Positions 9,901 through 22,197 of a stretch of 64,000 nt of DNA are shown here, one piece after another. Location: the NCBI GenBank assembly GCA_050084515.1, contig CM114271.1, positions 39,122,001-39,186,000 on the forward strand, given 5' to 3'. A program made the translations under genes and the position numbers. This stretch comes from Blasia pusilla. Taxonomy: Eukaryota. Below the pieces are notes generated by a model. The model ran no database searches. It was not told the DNA's origin and saw nothing but the letters and a program-made list of their open reading frames with translations. Numbering within the stretch: the stretch's first letter is position 1; every line of letters begins with the position of its first letter.

Positions 9901-12760
9901 TATCATGCCTTGTCCTCCTTGAAAAAAAACATGAGTTGACAGAAAACTCACAAATGTAGGGAATGTTGCCTTGTGCTGGCCAACCAGATTGGCCACTGCC
10001 AACAATGGTACATCATCACGAGTAACAACATGAGATTTCCGCACTGAATCCAACATCGCATCCACTGTAAGTAGTGATGGTCTCTAGACTCCATCATAAG
10101 CCCACCTCAGCAACTCGGATGGTAAAAGGTTCGTCCATCACAATCATGGACGGTGTGCGCGCGATCCAACACTCGCCGCATCCAACATCACCGTCGGTCC
10201 TATCCACGATCACACCTGATGTACACTCGCCATCACTTAGGCTCGAATATCACCTAACAATGGGAATTTCTCCAAAATGTAGGCCGAAGAACATCGTTGG
10301 GTAGTCTGCAAGTATCGAAGAACTCGCAACATCTCCCAAAATATGGCTGACCTCGGGTCTTGCAAACCAAGTCCCTGACCCGTCGAAGAATGATCCTGAC
10401 ATGGCCACCTTGCCACCACCAAGTGTATCACACCAACCCTATCTAGATCAAGTGCCCCCAACAACGAAATGTCGCTCATCAATACATGCTAATATCCCCT
10501 AACTACAAACATTGGCAATAACTCATGATACTGCTGGACTAGTCTCGACACATGATGTAATGAGACTCTACGTGTAGTCTCATCTCTCTCAACATACAAG
10601 TATTTTTTTGTACTCATACTCTGGCCTACGATACTGTATCTAACACTTTTCTAATCCCTCCAAAGAAATCTACTATACGTACACCCTCCTCTGGATACTG
10701 CCACACGATCATTGTGGTGTCCAAGGGTGTCAACGTATCCACTCCTAGAGCACGTGGTAACTCTATCCCTTCTCGCTCTAGAGCATAGGCTCGGATCCAC
10801 GCCTGCCTCACTAGCTCATCTGCTCTCCTTTCCAAATCGATGCTCGTTCCCCACAAAGCTAAAGAAGTATTGCCAATAGATGTAGCCATGCTCGTCATCG
10901 CATGACACTCCTCAGGCCTATCCTCTACAAGAATATCCTATGCATTGGCATTCCCCTCTAGTAAAATTTCTTGGCCAACATAATGTGCCACAATAAGCAG
11001 CAACTGTTGTGGTCGACTCTCGAAGTGAACCATCAAGTCTTCCTGCATACTGCACGTACGGGTAGCTGACTGGCTCGTCCCTCACTTGATTTCCAACCTA
11101 GTCCATAGGAGGCTGTCTCCTCCCAAAAGTCAATTTTGAACCCTAGAGTATACAATATGGTAGCCCCTACCAAAACTTCATAAGACTCGGTCGGTGGCAC
11201 AACCGCTCGCGTCCGCACCATTACACTATCCATAGAATGATCAAGCCGAATCCTCACTGCAATCTCATCGCGAGTCATGAAGTGTGTCGGGGATGTGCCT
11301 CCCAATGAAGTATGAATCTAGAATGGACATGGAGTAATCTCACACTTCCGCAATCCCATTGCTACACATGCCGCCTTCCCCAACATAAGGGGTTGTGCTC
11401 CTGAAATCAACTAGCACACGCTGCGGTTGATACACAACTCTGGATGGACCAACCAGCTAGAAAACTCCATCTCGGTTGTGCAAGACAACAACTCCTGGTG
11501 AGACGACAACACGCTCTATTGCTAGTCTAGTTGGCAACTCCGCCACTCTAGCCGCTGCTACATGCCAACTCTTTGTGGCCCTCGTCCTTAGCATATGCTC
11601 TAAGGGTCCATCAACTACATCTCCTGTGCAAGTCTCAACACAGGAAGAACCAAACTCATTGCTCTCAGAGAGCATCACCGCCAATCGGAAAACATCAGCT
11701 AGTCAACCTCCACATGTCAACAAATCTCTAGCCGCAAATAATGGGACCCTAGACAAATCCGTCGCCATCGCTTGTAACTTGCCAGTGCTAGGCCATGTCG
11801 AATGTTGCATAGGCCTTGTAGACGTACTCACCTCATGCGCTCCTCTAAGTGCATCGGCAACTGCAACAATAACACTCCTCAAAGGTCGTCTAGGGACCAT
11901 CGATGGGGTCCAAAGAGCCTCTCACAATGTAAAAGACTGGGGAAGTCTAGCTAGCCTACATGCTTCTCCCCTCTGGGCATCCAACTCCACATCGGATCCT
12001 TGTGGCTTAGAAGCTCTCACCGTGCTTCTCATAATCACTGCATCTGCATCCACCTATGAGGTGTTGCAAAAAAATCCCATACCTCCTAGATCTCCCGCCA
12101 TATCCTGACCTTGAGCAAATTTGGAAGTCAATGCGCCCATTGCACCTAATGTAGATGCTTGCTCGGCCATCATAGCCTGAAGGTGTTGCTCCAATTGAGC
12201 AGTCCTCGCCAAAGTTTCCTCTGATGCAAGTGTTGCACTCGCTTTGGCAGGTGGTAGGGTCCTGAATCCACCACGTCCTCGACCTCCGTCCTGTGCCACC
12301 TCTAGGTCCTCGACCTCCGTATAGGCGCAGCTCGGGGTGGAGCTCGAAACATCTCTCACGTGTGTGCCCATATCTTTGGCAATGATCACACAAAGGTAAG
12401 GGTGGCCTCCCTTGGGCCTCCTCATATACAGCTAATGGTGATGCTTGCACTCCACTCTGATGTCTACAATCTCGCTGACAATGTGATCGTCCAGCCCACG
12501 CTGCCCAACAAGAAATACCGAGCCCTCGGCCCCATAACTCTGTAGTGTGCAAAGATATGAGATAAACTCGTGGTGTCTCCCTCAAAGTGGCGCCTATTGT
12601 CAAAACTCTCTCCTCAAGTATGTTGAGCTCCTACGCTCCGCCAACAAAAATACTGATTTGAGAGTAGGCAAACCAACATGTAAGAGAGTTGCATCTTGCA
12701 CTCTCTTCCGCAACTCAGCGGTCTAGCATCGCATACCTAAATGAAGAGATAGGCCCTCAA
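9901..12760 (-). mobile_element. Decayed Ty3/gypsy-like LTR retrotransposon, copy B: gag (CCHC), aspartic protease and C5 DNA methyltransferase motifs I-VIII
   Basis: Gag remnant ELRKRVQDATL...PTLKSVFLLAER and zinc knuckle CDHCQRYGHTRERC. Protease RVLVD/SGAQPLMLG (frameshifted) and YEVLVG. DNMT: IVDFFGGI (I), LVVARWPCQDHS (IV), GLQDPRSAIFWE...AYILEK (VI), LDAASVGSRAHRP*L*WTN (VIII), then FPTFVSF...GGQGMI. Colinear and homologous with copy A. Confidence 0.85.
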
Positions 12761-12849
12761 GACTCTCTCCTGAGAGACCTGGAGAGAGACCAAGCACTAG
12801 CAAGGGCCTAAGAGGTCCTCAGAGCCAGATGAGTGTCTCCAGTCTTCAC

Positions 12850-13790
12850 ACTAAGAATTTAGCAATCTGAAGCTGATTCCGCCTAGCCATGAATGTGGGG
12901 ACCTTGGGAAGCAGGGTGATCAAAGAGATCCGGGAAGTCAAGCCTAATATGACTGTGAAAGGTGCAGTCGAAGAGGTAATGATGTTCATCATCAATAAGC
13001 CTCGAGTTGCAAAATCTACATAATCTGTCCTCCCTTTTCTTAAGTGAGAATTTTCCTTTCTGAATCTCAAGGTCACTTGAGCCACATCTGAATCTCGCTA
13101 ATGTATGACGTAACTTAGTGGGAGTGGGGGCAGAGATATAAGAGGCTTGCTACACGGATCTGTAGGTGTTCATGAGGGTGTGGTAGCGCCTCATTCTTTC
13201 ACCATTTTTGTGAGATGTATTCCCCCTGCTTTCACAGAGACGCTGGTGTCGGCCCCAATTGATGGCAATGTAATTGCTGTGTAATTGTTCAGCAAGGTCC
13301 TGGTGGATGGCCATAGGTAGGTCGTCGATGGAGATTCCCCATTCCACAAGTCACTCCTTGCAATCATAGTACCAGTTTTTAGCCCCAAGGGTGACAATAC
13401 TTTTTGAAATCACATAGGCCGTGGCGGATAGACAATTGGGATCGTCCTCAAAGATATCCTCAAGGTGTTGGAGAAATGTGATCAGATTTTTAACATCATG
13501 GATCTCAATTGGGACCTCCCCAAACTCAGCCACTATAATTTCTTGGGGAGTGGTTTTCCTAATGCCCAAACTTTGACGCATGAAGACTTTATGGGGACCT
13601 CAAGGCCCTCGGGCCACAAGAAGGTGAATGGACTGTTGTATTTCCTACATGGCCAGGGCATCACATCAGAAGTAAAGAGCCCTGTTTTTCTCCATACCAT
13701 TCATCCTTCATTGGAATATGGTGCATCAATGTGGGATGCCAACACCAAACAAAGATACAGGTTTGAAGCTTCCTCACGAACAACCAGAGT
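12850..13790 (-). mobile_element. Non-LTR retrotransposon (RTE/RTEX-like LINE) ORF2 C-terminal fragment
   Basis: LGIRKTTPQEIIVAEFGEVPIE (post-RT region) and the CCHC finger REDRLCRFCNSRLIDDEHHYLFDC at ~12961-13035; frameshifted. Confidence 0.75.
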
Positions 13791-14099
13791 TAGTGGGAGA
13801 TCAGAACTTGGAGAGGAACCCCTGGAGGATCAACATGATATTGCAAAGTAGAAATGGCGGAGGCACCTCTAGGCAATGGATTCTCATCCCTATCCTAAAG
13901 CAGCGGTGGGAAAATTTTGGACCCAAAGAAGCTCAGTAAAGCCAAATCTTGGACAAAAAGGTTTCAAGAGATTGTGCAAGCAACCAAGGTCTAGGGGGGC
14001 CTAAATAGTGGGAGCAAGATGAGAAACCCACTTCTTTGGTTATGGTATCCAAAAATTGTTAATCATAACCAAAAAAGTATCCAAAAGCTCACAGTAGAA

Positions 14100-14680
14100 C
14101 AGCAAAGAGGAGACCATGAAATTGGTTTCTCTCTTGATTGTATATCTTGTGCAAGCAAAACTGGAGAACTATTCATGGGGAACCCCTTGCTTGGGAACCT
14201 ATCTTAAGTTCAAGTTTAGGACATGAACCTTGAATCACAAGAAAAGTAGGATGGGAACGCAAGTAAATTGTTGCAGCTTGTGTGATGATGGGGATGATAT
14301 CTCTAGTCACTATGTGATCTCCTACAAAAATTCATAACACAGAGCAAGGGCACATGCTGATATTGCTAAGTTGGTAACAGATTCAACAAACTAGATTCAC
14401 TGCCCAAAGTTGTTGCACTGGTAATTTTTTTGTATTGAGGATCCCAATCAGGTAAGATAGATGATGTCATAAAGAGCTCTCTGGTTGACACTTGGAATCT
14501 CCTCAACACTACTCTATATGGGCGGCACCCACACTATATGAGAGTGTCTCCCTCCTCTCATATGGTATCTTCGTCATTTCTTCCTCTTTCTACACCTATC
14601 TCAATATCAAGCACTGTCCAAACAAGGCATGGAGTCTATGGTCACGAGGCTAGTGACTATCGCTACTTAACAAGTATAAT
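14100..14680 (+). mobile_element. LINE 3' end remnant, same family as 4040-5150
   Basis: LKFKFRT*TLNHKKSR...CCSLCDDGDDISSHY...DSLPKVV...VIKSSLVDTW plus the shared 3' motif; clear nucleotide similarity to 4125-4680. Confidence 0.6.
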
Positions 14681-17221
14681 CTCTGTAGCTATGTTGGTAA
14701 CAGAGTTTATCTTAGCAGATCTGAACCATAAAATATTGCAATCCTTCAAATATGACTAAATTGTAAAACCAATCTGTCAACCCATCAATAGCCAAGATTG
14801 ATGGGAAAGGGTTGTGAACATACCCATAAAAAAGTGTCGAGTATATTGTGATCAAAGATCTATAAAAGCCGCATTTGGTACTTTGATGGGATAAGTGAAT
14901 CCATTGTCAGAAATATTGCGGTCACCTGTATAGCCAGAAGGCACTCATTTGTCAAGATCGCCTCTAATTTCCATACCAATGTTCTCCATTCAACATGACA
15001 ACAATGTGTCTACAGCACCAACACTTAGCATAGATATACTTCATACCAATCAAAACTATAATAAGGTAACTTGAGATTTTGCAGAGCCCAAAGATGCTCA
15101 TTCATCAAATTTTGAAATCTAAATTTACTTCATAAACGTGTGTTCTCCATTCAACATGACAGCAAGGTGTTCAAAGCCTTGACACTCAGCATAGATATAC
15201 TTGATAAAACCTACAATGAGGTACCTCAAGTTTCTAAGCAAGCACAAAGAGCACATATGCAAGATTGCACTGCAAATGATGAAGACAAATGGTTAGAATT
15301 GGATAGTATGTGTAGAACCCCTCATGGATCAATTTCACAACCACACACTTGAAACATTTTCAGCTGACCCAATTAGGTTGGGCTCAAAATTGTCTTGCCA
15401 AATCGATGGAAAACACCACACTATCTAACAAGGAGTTGAATTGTAGGCAGTGCGACTTTAACCATAGTCACAACCAATGGCTACATATTTGCGAATACTA
15501 AAAGCCTCTGCGTCACAAATTTGTGATTATAAGACTCCCTGGAGGATTGAAGACTGTGAGTTGTTCCAACTCGATTATTCTTTGAATCCTATGAAACTCT
15601 TAATTACGATTGGAGGTACAAGGCAGCAAGTCTTCTTATGAACTCCTCTACCAAAAATTGTTAGGGTATTGGATAATATTTACAATGAGTAAATGTGCTA
15701 AAAAGCATTGCAAACACGGACCAAGGTTTCAGGGGAAGAGCTATTACTCACAAAATTTGATAATGATTCCAAATAATTGTGTAAGTGTGGAAATTGATAG
15801 TTAGATTGAACCATATCTTTATACGCTGCTCCCTACCGCCTGTACCATTCATGAAGAGATCCATATGCAAAGTGTATAGCTCATCTGTTTTAGCTTCTTC
15901 ATTCCTTGAGACTCACTCTCCCCACTGATTGTCTTCTCGAGCAAACAAAAGCGATTAAGAGCAGACACTCTGAGCAGGGAAGAAATTTTGTCTCAAAAAA
16001 TACATGGTACGTTCCAAAAGGATAAAAAAGGAACGAGTGCACTCCTGTAGCATATATCACATCATTGCTTCAACATTGCCAATATACTTTCGTTAGCACA
16101 TATGCAAGAAGAATCGAACACGCGTGAAGAAAGTTCAATCATAGGCACGAATTAGTATCTTCCAGCTTTGCAAGCATGGGTTCTGCACTCTTCTTTGGGG
16201 GATCTCACTCCACCCATTCCTAGTCAATTGTGTCGGTGATGTTTCTTGACTTCTTCAATGCGATTTGCTATTTTTTAAAGGACTTTTCCTATTCCCCCTT
16301 TATTCATGGATGTCTTCTCATATTTTTAGGATGCTATTCACCAAGACCAGTGAACAAGGAAGGAGTGGAAGTAGGATATTACAGGAGGGATAGTTCCCCT
16401 TTTAGTGTGTGTGATTGCGAAAGAGAGTGTTAGTGTAGAGTTCCTAGCTCTCCGCTAAGAAGCTCTTCACAATGCAATTAGCCATATCGGAATCAACTTC
16501 AGTAAAATTCTAATTGGTTGGGGCAGCAGGTGGCAAGTAATCATTTTGGTTACCGTGCTTGCAAAACAAATGTGGAAGAGAAGATATATCATACTCCTAG
16601 CATCGACATTGTAGGAGTTCATATGCAGACATAGCTTCTGGAACAAAACTTCTTAAAGGTAATGCGTTAAGAGAGGAACTGCTGTACTCGTCTTCAAGTG
16701 CGCTTCTTAAGGTTTCATACTTGTAAAGGTCAGCCTCCACAACCTGCATGCCCAGAAGCGATGATCATAGCATGCGACGATGGCTATTGAGGAACTTCAA
16801 CAATTCACAGAAACTGGAAAGTTTGTTTGTGTTGTGACCGCTTGTTGATAGCCGATCATGCCTAGACATAGTTCCTCTCTTAATGCAATTATGTCCACAT
16901 AATTGGTCTTAAGAGAGAAAAACTCTTCTTCATTATTTGTATAAAACCTACCGTTATGTGAGAAACTATATATTAACATATGAAATGATCCAAGGCCAAA
17001 AATATAAATAATATAAAGTTAGGTTGGTACATAATTTGCTAGCTTAAGCAACATTTAAAAAAGAATATATTGTTCACTCTACAAAAGGTAGTGTAGAAAG
17101 TAATAACATGCGTTAGAACATCTACCAACATACACGTATGATATTAGAACTAGTCTATTTTAGATTTGGTTTCCAAAGTTTCCTTAGGATTTTCAGACCA
17201 CTTTTAATGTTAGGAATTCCA

Positions 17222-18000
17222 TCTATATAATAATGGGCGACCACATATGCATAACACGACAAGATAGGGGATAATAAGACAAAATAGGAAACATCCTTGA
17301 ATTTTGTTGCTTAAGCCCTATTAGATGTGTAGAAATAGAACAAAGGAAACGAATAGGGATTTGAGTGGAATATATATTAATCAATTTAATATTATAATAG
17401 GTGATTATAAATATTAATAAATAACCAAATTTTATAATTTTTACCTCAATTAATATTTGATGGAAAAATGAAATAAAATTTTAATGGATGAGTAAATTTT
17501 TTAAAATTTATGGGAAGATAAAATTATTTAGGATATTTGGATATGATTTAAATTTGAATGGAGAATTGTAATTACTGAGAATAGTGAAAATGTTATTACT
17601 CTTCTAAGATTTTAGAAAAAAAATCATATTTAAAATAAATAACATGATCATTCTTTAAATAATTGTATTAATTCACATGTGATATTTTGGGAAAGGAAAA
17701 TGAATTTGAATGGAAAAGGAAAATGATTTCGTTCATTAATTTTGGTTAGTGAATGTTATTTTGGTAAGAAGGGGAAGAATAGTTTAGGGTTTGAACTTTT
17801 ATGGAGGAGTGAAACTATTTAGGGGAGATGGGTGTTATTTAAAGGTGAAATTTTCTTACTCTTTTTAAAATTTTAAAAAGTGGAAATAATACTTAAATTT
17901 TAAAATTAAATAAAAATTTAAAATTTAAACATAAATTTTAAAAACTATTATTGACACATGTTATGGACAAGAAGAAAAAAGTTTGAATTTATGTACAATA
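17222..18000 (+). mobile_element. AT-rich non-autonomous element, probably Helitron-derived
   Basis: Starts A|TCTATATAATAATGGG (Helitron-like 5' TC). Homologous in inverted orientation to 32480-33155. The 3' boundary is approximate. Confidence 0.5.
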
Positions 18001-19495
18001 TCATTAATCCTCTCACTAAAAAAAGTTCTTCAAACACTTTTTTACTTTGCATGCATCGCACATATACCTTACCAATAAATTATATTGCGTCATGATATTG
18101 CATCATGACGCAATGATGTAGATCATGTGATGACTTAAAATTACCTTTTAAATACTTTTGTTAGGTCATATGTATGGCTTGTAATCCATATTTTTTAGTA
18201 GAAAATCAGTTTACAAATTAATAATGGAGGTAAGTGGAGGTCCTCTTTATAAGGATTGTCTAGATATTCCAACTTAAGTTCAAAAATTTCATTTAATTTT
18301 TAGCACTATAGAATTTGAAATCATTCTAACCTAAAGGATGAATATTACCTTTTGACCATTTTCCCAATCTATACCATTTTCCCATACACCCATCTCACCT
18401 TTAAACATTACAAACATCAACAACTCAAATTTGCCACATATTGTGAGTTTGTCGATTCGAATTTGCTCTCTCCCATAGCACTTGCATTATATCCCCAAGT
18501 TGACTATTCCACTTCGTCACCACTTCCAACATTCAAATTGAATTAAGAATCAAAACATGAAATATGGATTGTTTTCATTTGAATGATCTTTCTTATGTGT
18601 TGATATGATGTTTGCAAGTGATTTCTCAGTAGGACCATTTGAGTATATATAGATTTTTAATGTCTTTGATATTTTGAGTTGTTTTATTAATATAATTAAG
18701 AGGTGCAAACCTCAATCTCGTCTATGCTACATACTATTAAGCAATAGTTTATATGCCATTAGAGACAAAATAGTTCCTAGATATTAAGAAAGGTCCTTTT
18801 AGGATTCTAACGGGGGTATTGCATTACGACAATTTTGGGAGTTGAATAAAGAGCCACCTCCCTCTCAATTTACAAATCCCATCCTTTAGGAGAGTTCCTC
18901 TCTCATGTAGCATCATTAGTTATTAGTAGTGTAGCACCATTAGTAGATACAAACTTATGTAATATAGGACCAACTTAATAAGGAAGAACATTCCATCTTC
19001 ACATTGTCTCTTCTTGAGAGGGAGAAAATCTCTTCACCGTTGTGGGAAGAGATTAAAATGATGGGTATTGCCGGAATAAAAATAAATAAATTTAAATCAT
19101 ATGTAACAATGTTTAAAATCCAAGATTTTATCAATCAAATTTACACTTCGGAAATAGTCAAAACACTAATGGTCACGTTCAATTCGTTCGGTGGCGCTAG
19201 TATTAAGCTACAAAATGAGATATACACAACATTTGTACAAAGGTCCATCACCGAGTTCCAAGCCTTATTTGTCTCGCCCACGTCTCTTCGCCATCTTTCT
19301 CAGAACTCCGGCACTCCTCGCGCCGCTACGTTCTTCCTTCATGACTAGTGCATTGGCGAAGTCACGGAGACGAGCAGCTGGCTCTCTTGGATCTTTCGAG
19401 ATTCATTTACCCAAGCTCCATAGCTTTCCGGCGTCTTCCTCAACTAGATTACCCGACCTCCATAGCTTGCCGGCGTCTTCCTCGTCACAAGATGT

Positions 19496-19576
19496 CTACA
19501 AGATGACGTACAATGCGTAGATGATACCGGGTATGTAACCCAAGATCGTCAGAACGACCGAGATCCAAAATTCCAC
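19496..19576 (-). CDS. RCI2: PMP3/RCI2 proteolipid, distal alternative last exon (2b)
   Basis: AG acceptor at 19578-19577, phase 0; VEFWISVVLTILGYIPGIIYALYVIL*. Joined to exon 1 it gives a 53-aa RCI2/BLT101-type protein. Confidence 0.88.
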   Translation of the reverse strand: MEFWISVVLTILGYIPGIIYALYVIL

Positions 19577-20800
19577 CTGTTTACAAAAAGAACAAGACGA
19601 TGTCTTAGTTGGACGTGCACGTTACTACGCACCATTCACATGAGTATGTCGGACAAGTCGAGAAAATCCTCGTCCACCCTCCACTGTCGACTCCGTGCGG
19701 CGTGAGAAGGAACTCGCAAACAATCTGAGGCGATGTAGTTGCCACAAAAAGTTCCTTGTTGGGACATGACATCGCTGCATGACTCTACAAGAGGATATAA
19801 CTCGTGTCTAGAATTGAGAGTCAAATAGTAGAATAGAAAGTTGCGTCGCAAGGCTAAGGAATTAAAGAATTTGTCTGTTCTGATCCCGAGAGCATAGAGT
19901 TCGAAAGGCGGCGGGGAAAGCGTGTGACAAGCCGGATGGCAATTCCCTCAAGCATATCTGCCAGCCCCGACATCATCCTCCACCTTTCGCCGGTACTGTA
20001 GCTTTGTTGTTGCGATATGCAAAGCCACGGCCAGGACCCATTCCGTTTCATTCTGGGTGTGTACGATATACTGGCCATCACCGTTTCGAGGCCATAGAAA
20101 CGATGAACCTTACAAAAAACACATGATGAAAACCCATCGGAAATAAAAAAAGAAGAGGGGGACTCAAAGAGTACGCGAAGGCCACAACCGGCCCTGTTTC
20201 GAGGTGGCTAATGAGTCCACATGATAGAAAGGTTGTCTCTAGCAGTAGGAGACAGAAGCGTACTGGTAACATACTTCTTAGCGTGGTCAATTCATTTACC
20301 TCATCTCATAATATGGCTAGGAAGAAATCCTCCCACTCGGAAAGATTTGAATCCAATTGAGTTTCTTCCAATATGCCGACATATGCGATAACTTTTTTAG
20401 CTTGTACACATGCGAGCTACTAAGCCAGAGAGAACGAGCCGCACTAAGATTGTTCGCAATGATTAGTCAATCTGTACTATATACCATAACAAACTCTCAT
20501 TGCAAGTACTGCGTCTGTCGCTGAAAGTTCGCAGTAGCGCCGTAATCAATCAAAAGCCATCACAGAAGACTAGAAACGAAGTGATAGGAATCTTTCGGTC
20601 GATACGAACTACACTTCTAAGCTCTCTGGTTTGGAAATCAAATCTCGCAAAGAGAGAGCCAAGCGATCAATGGTCGCACTAAAAAATTGGGTTAAAAATC
20701 TTCAGAGAAGTTTCAAACCAATAAAATTCCTTATGTCATAGATCTACGTTACTCGGATCGTTTTCAGCAAATCCGATAACCATATCCCGAACTATTTGTA

Positions 20801-20884
20801 CTACGACGTCAAGACGTAGATAGCATAAATAATCCCGGGAAGGTAACCGAAAATACTCAGCAACAGACATATCCAGAATTCCAC
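20801..20884 (-). CDS. RCI2: PMP3/RCI2 proteolipid, proximal alternative last exon (2a)
   Basis: AG acceptor at 20886-20885, phase 0; VEFWICLLLSIFGYLPGIIYAIYVLTS*. Joined to exon 1 it gives a 54-aa protein. Confidence 0.9.
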   Translation of the reverse strand: MEFWICLLLSIFGYLPGIIYAIYVLTS

Positions 20885-21815
20885 CTGTTCATAAAGCCAC
20901 AAACTTGAGGGTTGTGAATATCCGGCCTGACATCAGTGTGCAGAGCAAAACATGGGAAACCAACAGTGGCCAATATGAAACAAGCAACGATGACTCCATT
21001 CCAATATGTTCTCTATACCGACTATTCCATGGTATGAGTGAACTAGAGAGTCCTAGGAGTTTCATTCTCCCCAATTTTAGGACATGAGAGAAAATTCTCT
21101 GTGAAGCATGGCTAGGATAAAGTGGCGATGACTCTTGCATCCGTTAACGAATTTCTCTTCCACCAATGCCAGAGATGAGCAACTATGCATCGTAGGACGG
21201 CTGTGAAAGAGAGGCTAAGAGGGTAAACTTCAGAAGGAAATTTCAATCGGCTGCAGTGTAATGAGGAAATATGGACAACGACGAGACAGCAAACAGGACA
21301 GAGAGAGAAGAAGAAGGCTATGATCTTGTGAGCAAACTTTGCGCATATGGCTGAGGCAGACTCCTTAGATACACCTCTAGAGTGCGGCGAGAGCAAAAAC
21401 TCCCAAGATTACGTGTCCCATGTGTCACCTACACGCTTACACTAGTATATGACTCTGAACGGCTCAAGCTTCACCAACGTTTTGTTGGTATATTCGTGCG
21501 GCTAAGGAACCTCTCGAAACGAGGTACTAGAGGGAAATCATAAACTAAGTTGCTCGTGAGCCCCAAGCTCTCCCTCCCTCCTAGAGTGAAGGAACAGAGA
21601 CCGCGACCCTGTACGATAAAGACAGCAGACAAGAAATTTTCGTGGCGTTTGCTCAGAACCTGAAGCTCTCACGGACTGAGGCTTGCGTGCTACGGCGGAA
21701 TACTCAACGCCCAGCGTCCTCAAAGATGCAAAGCTTCGCAGAATAAGGGAATCGGTTCACATCAGAAACAAAATTCTCAGCTCTTGCTAGCGAGGGAGGG
21801 GCACGGATCACTCAC

Positions 21816-21896
21816 CGCGCAGCCAAATTTGAAGAACACTCCCAGAGGAGGCAGGAGGATGGCCAAAATGACATCGATGAAGGTCGCGGAACCCAT
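21816..21896 (-). CDS. RCI2: PMP3/RCI2 (low-temperature/salt-responsive membrane proteolipid) exon 1
   Basis: ATG at 21896; MGSATFIDVILAILLPPLGVFFKFGCA followed by a GTGAGT donor at the conserved RCI2 intron position. Confidence 0.95.
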
Positions 21897-22129
21897 GTTT
21901 TCAACGCTTCTCACTCACGAACAAGCACTTCCCGACCTGGACGAAGCCACCAGAACGATCAAGTGCTTATCTCCACTCGTTCTCACTGGCAGCAAAACTC
22001 CACCTCGTGCTGGCAAATTGAACCTCCGATCTCAATTGCCCCGCCAACACAATAAACGACCTCGTCTTCCCCGACAATAGATGCGCAACAAAAAACACCA
22101 ACGCAGTTTCTACCTGATCTGGAGGACTG

Positions 22130-22197
22130 CCATACATATACGGGAGAGTTCTCGACCTCCGACCCCACTCACGGCACCTTAAAATTCGACACGTGCC
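22130..22197 (-). promoter_or_regulatory. Putative RCI2 promoter: TATA-like element and ABRE/G-box
   Basis: TATATGTA-like motif at ~22133-22140 and CACGTGTC (ABRE) at 22188-22195 on the minus strand. Consistent with the stress inducibility known for RCI2 genes, but both motifs are short. Confidence 0.4.

Noticed and set aside
11476-12108. 210-aa plus-strand ORF
   Set aside because: It is the antisense shadow of the minus-strand gag-PR region; no recognisable motifs.
20298-20340. Possible second RCI2 exon 1 (EDFFLAIL*) between the two last exons
   Set aside because: It has an immediate stop, no LPPLGV motif and no start codon; probably chance similarity.
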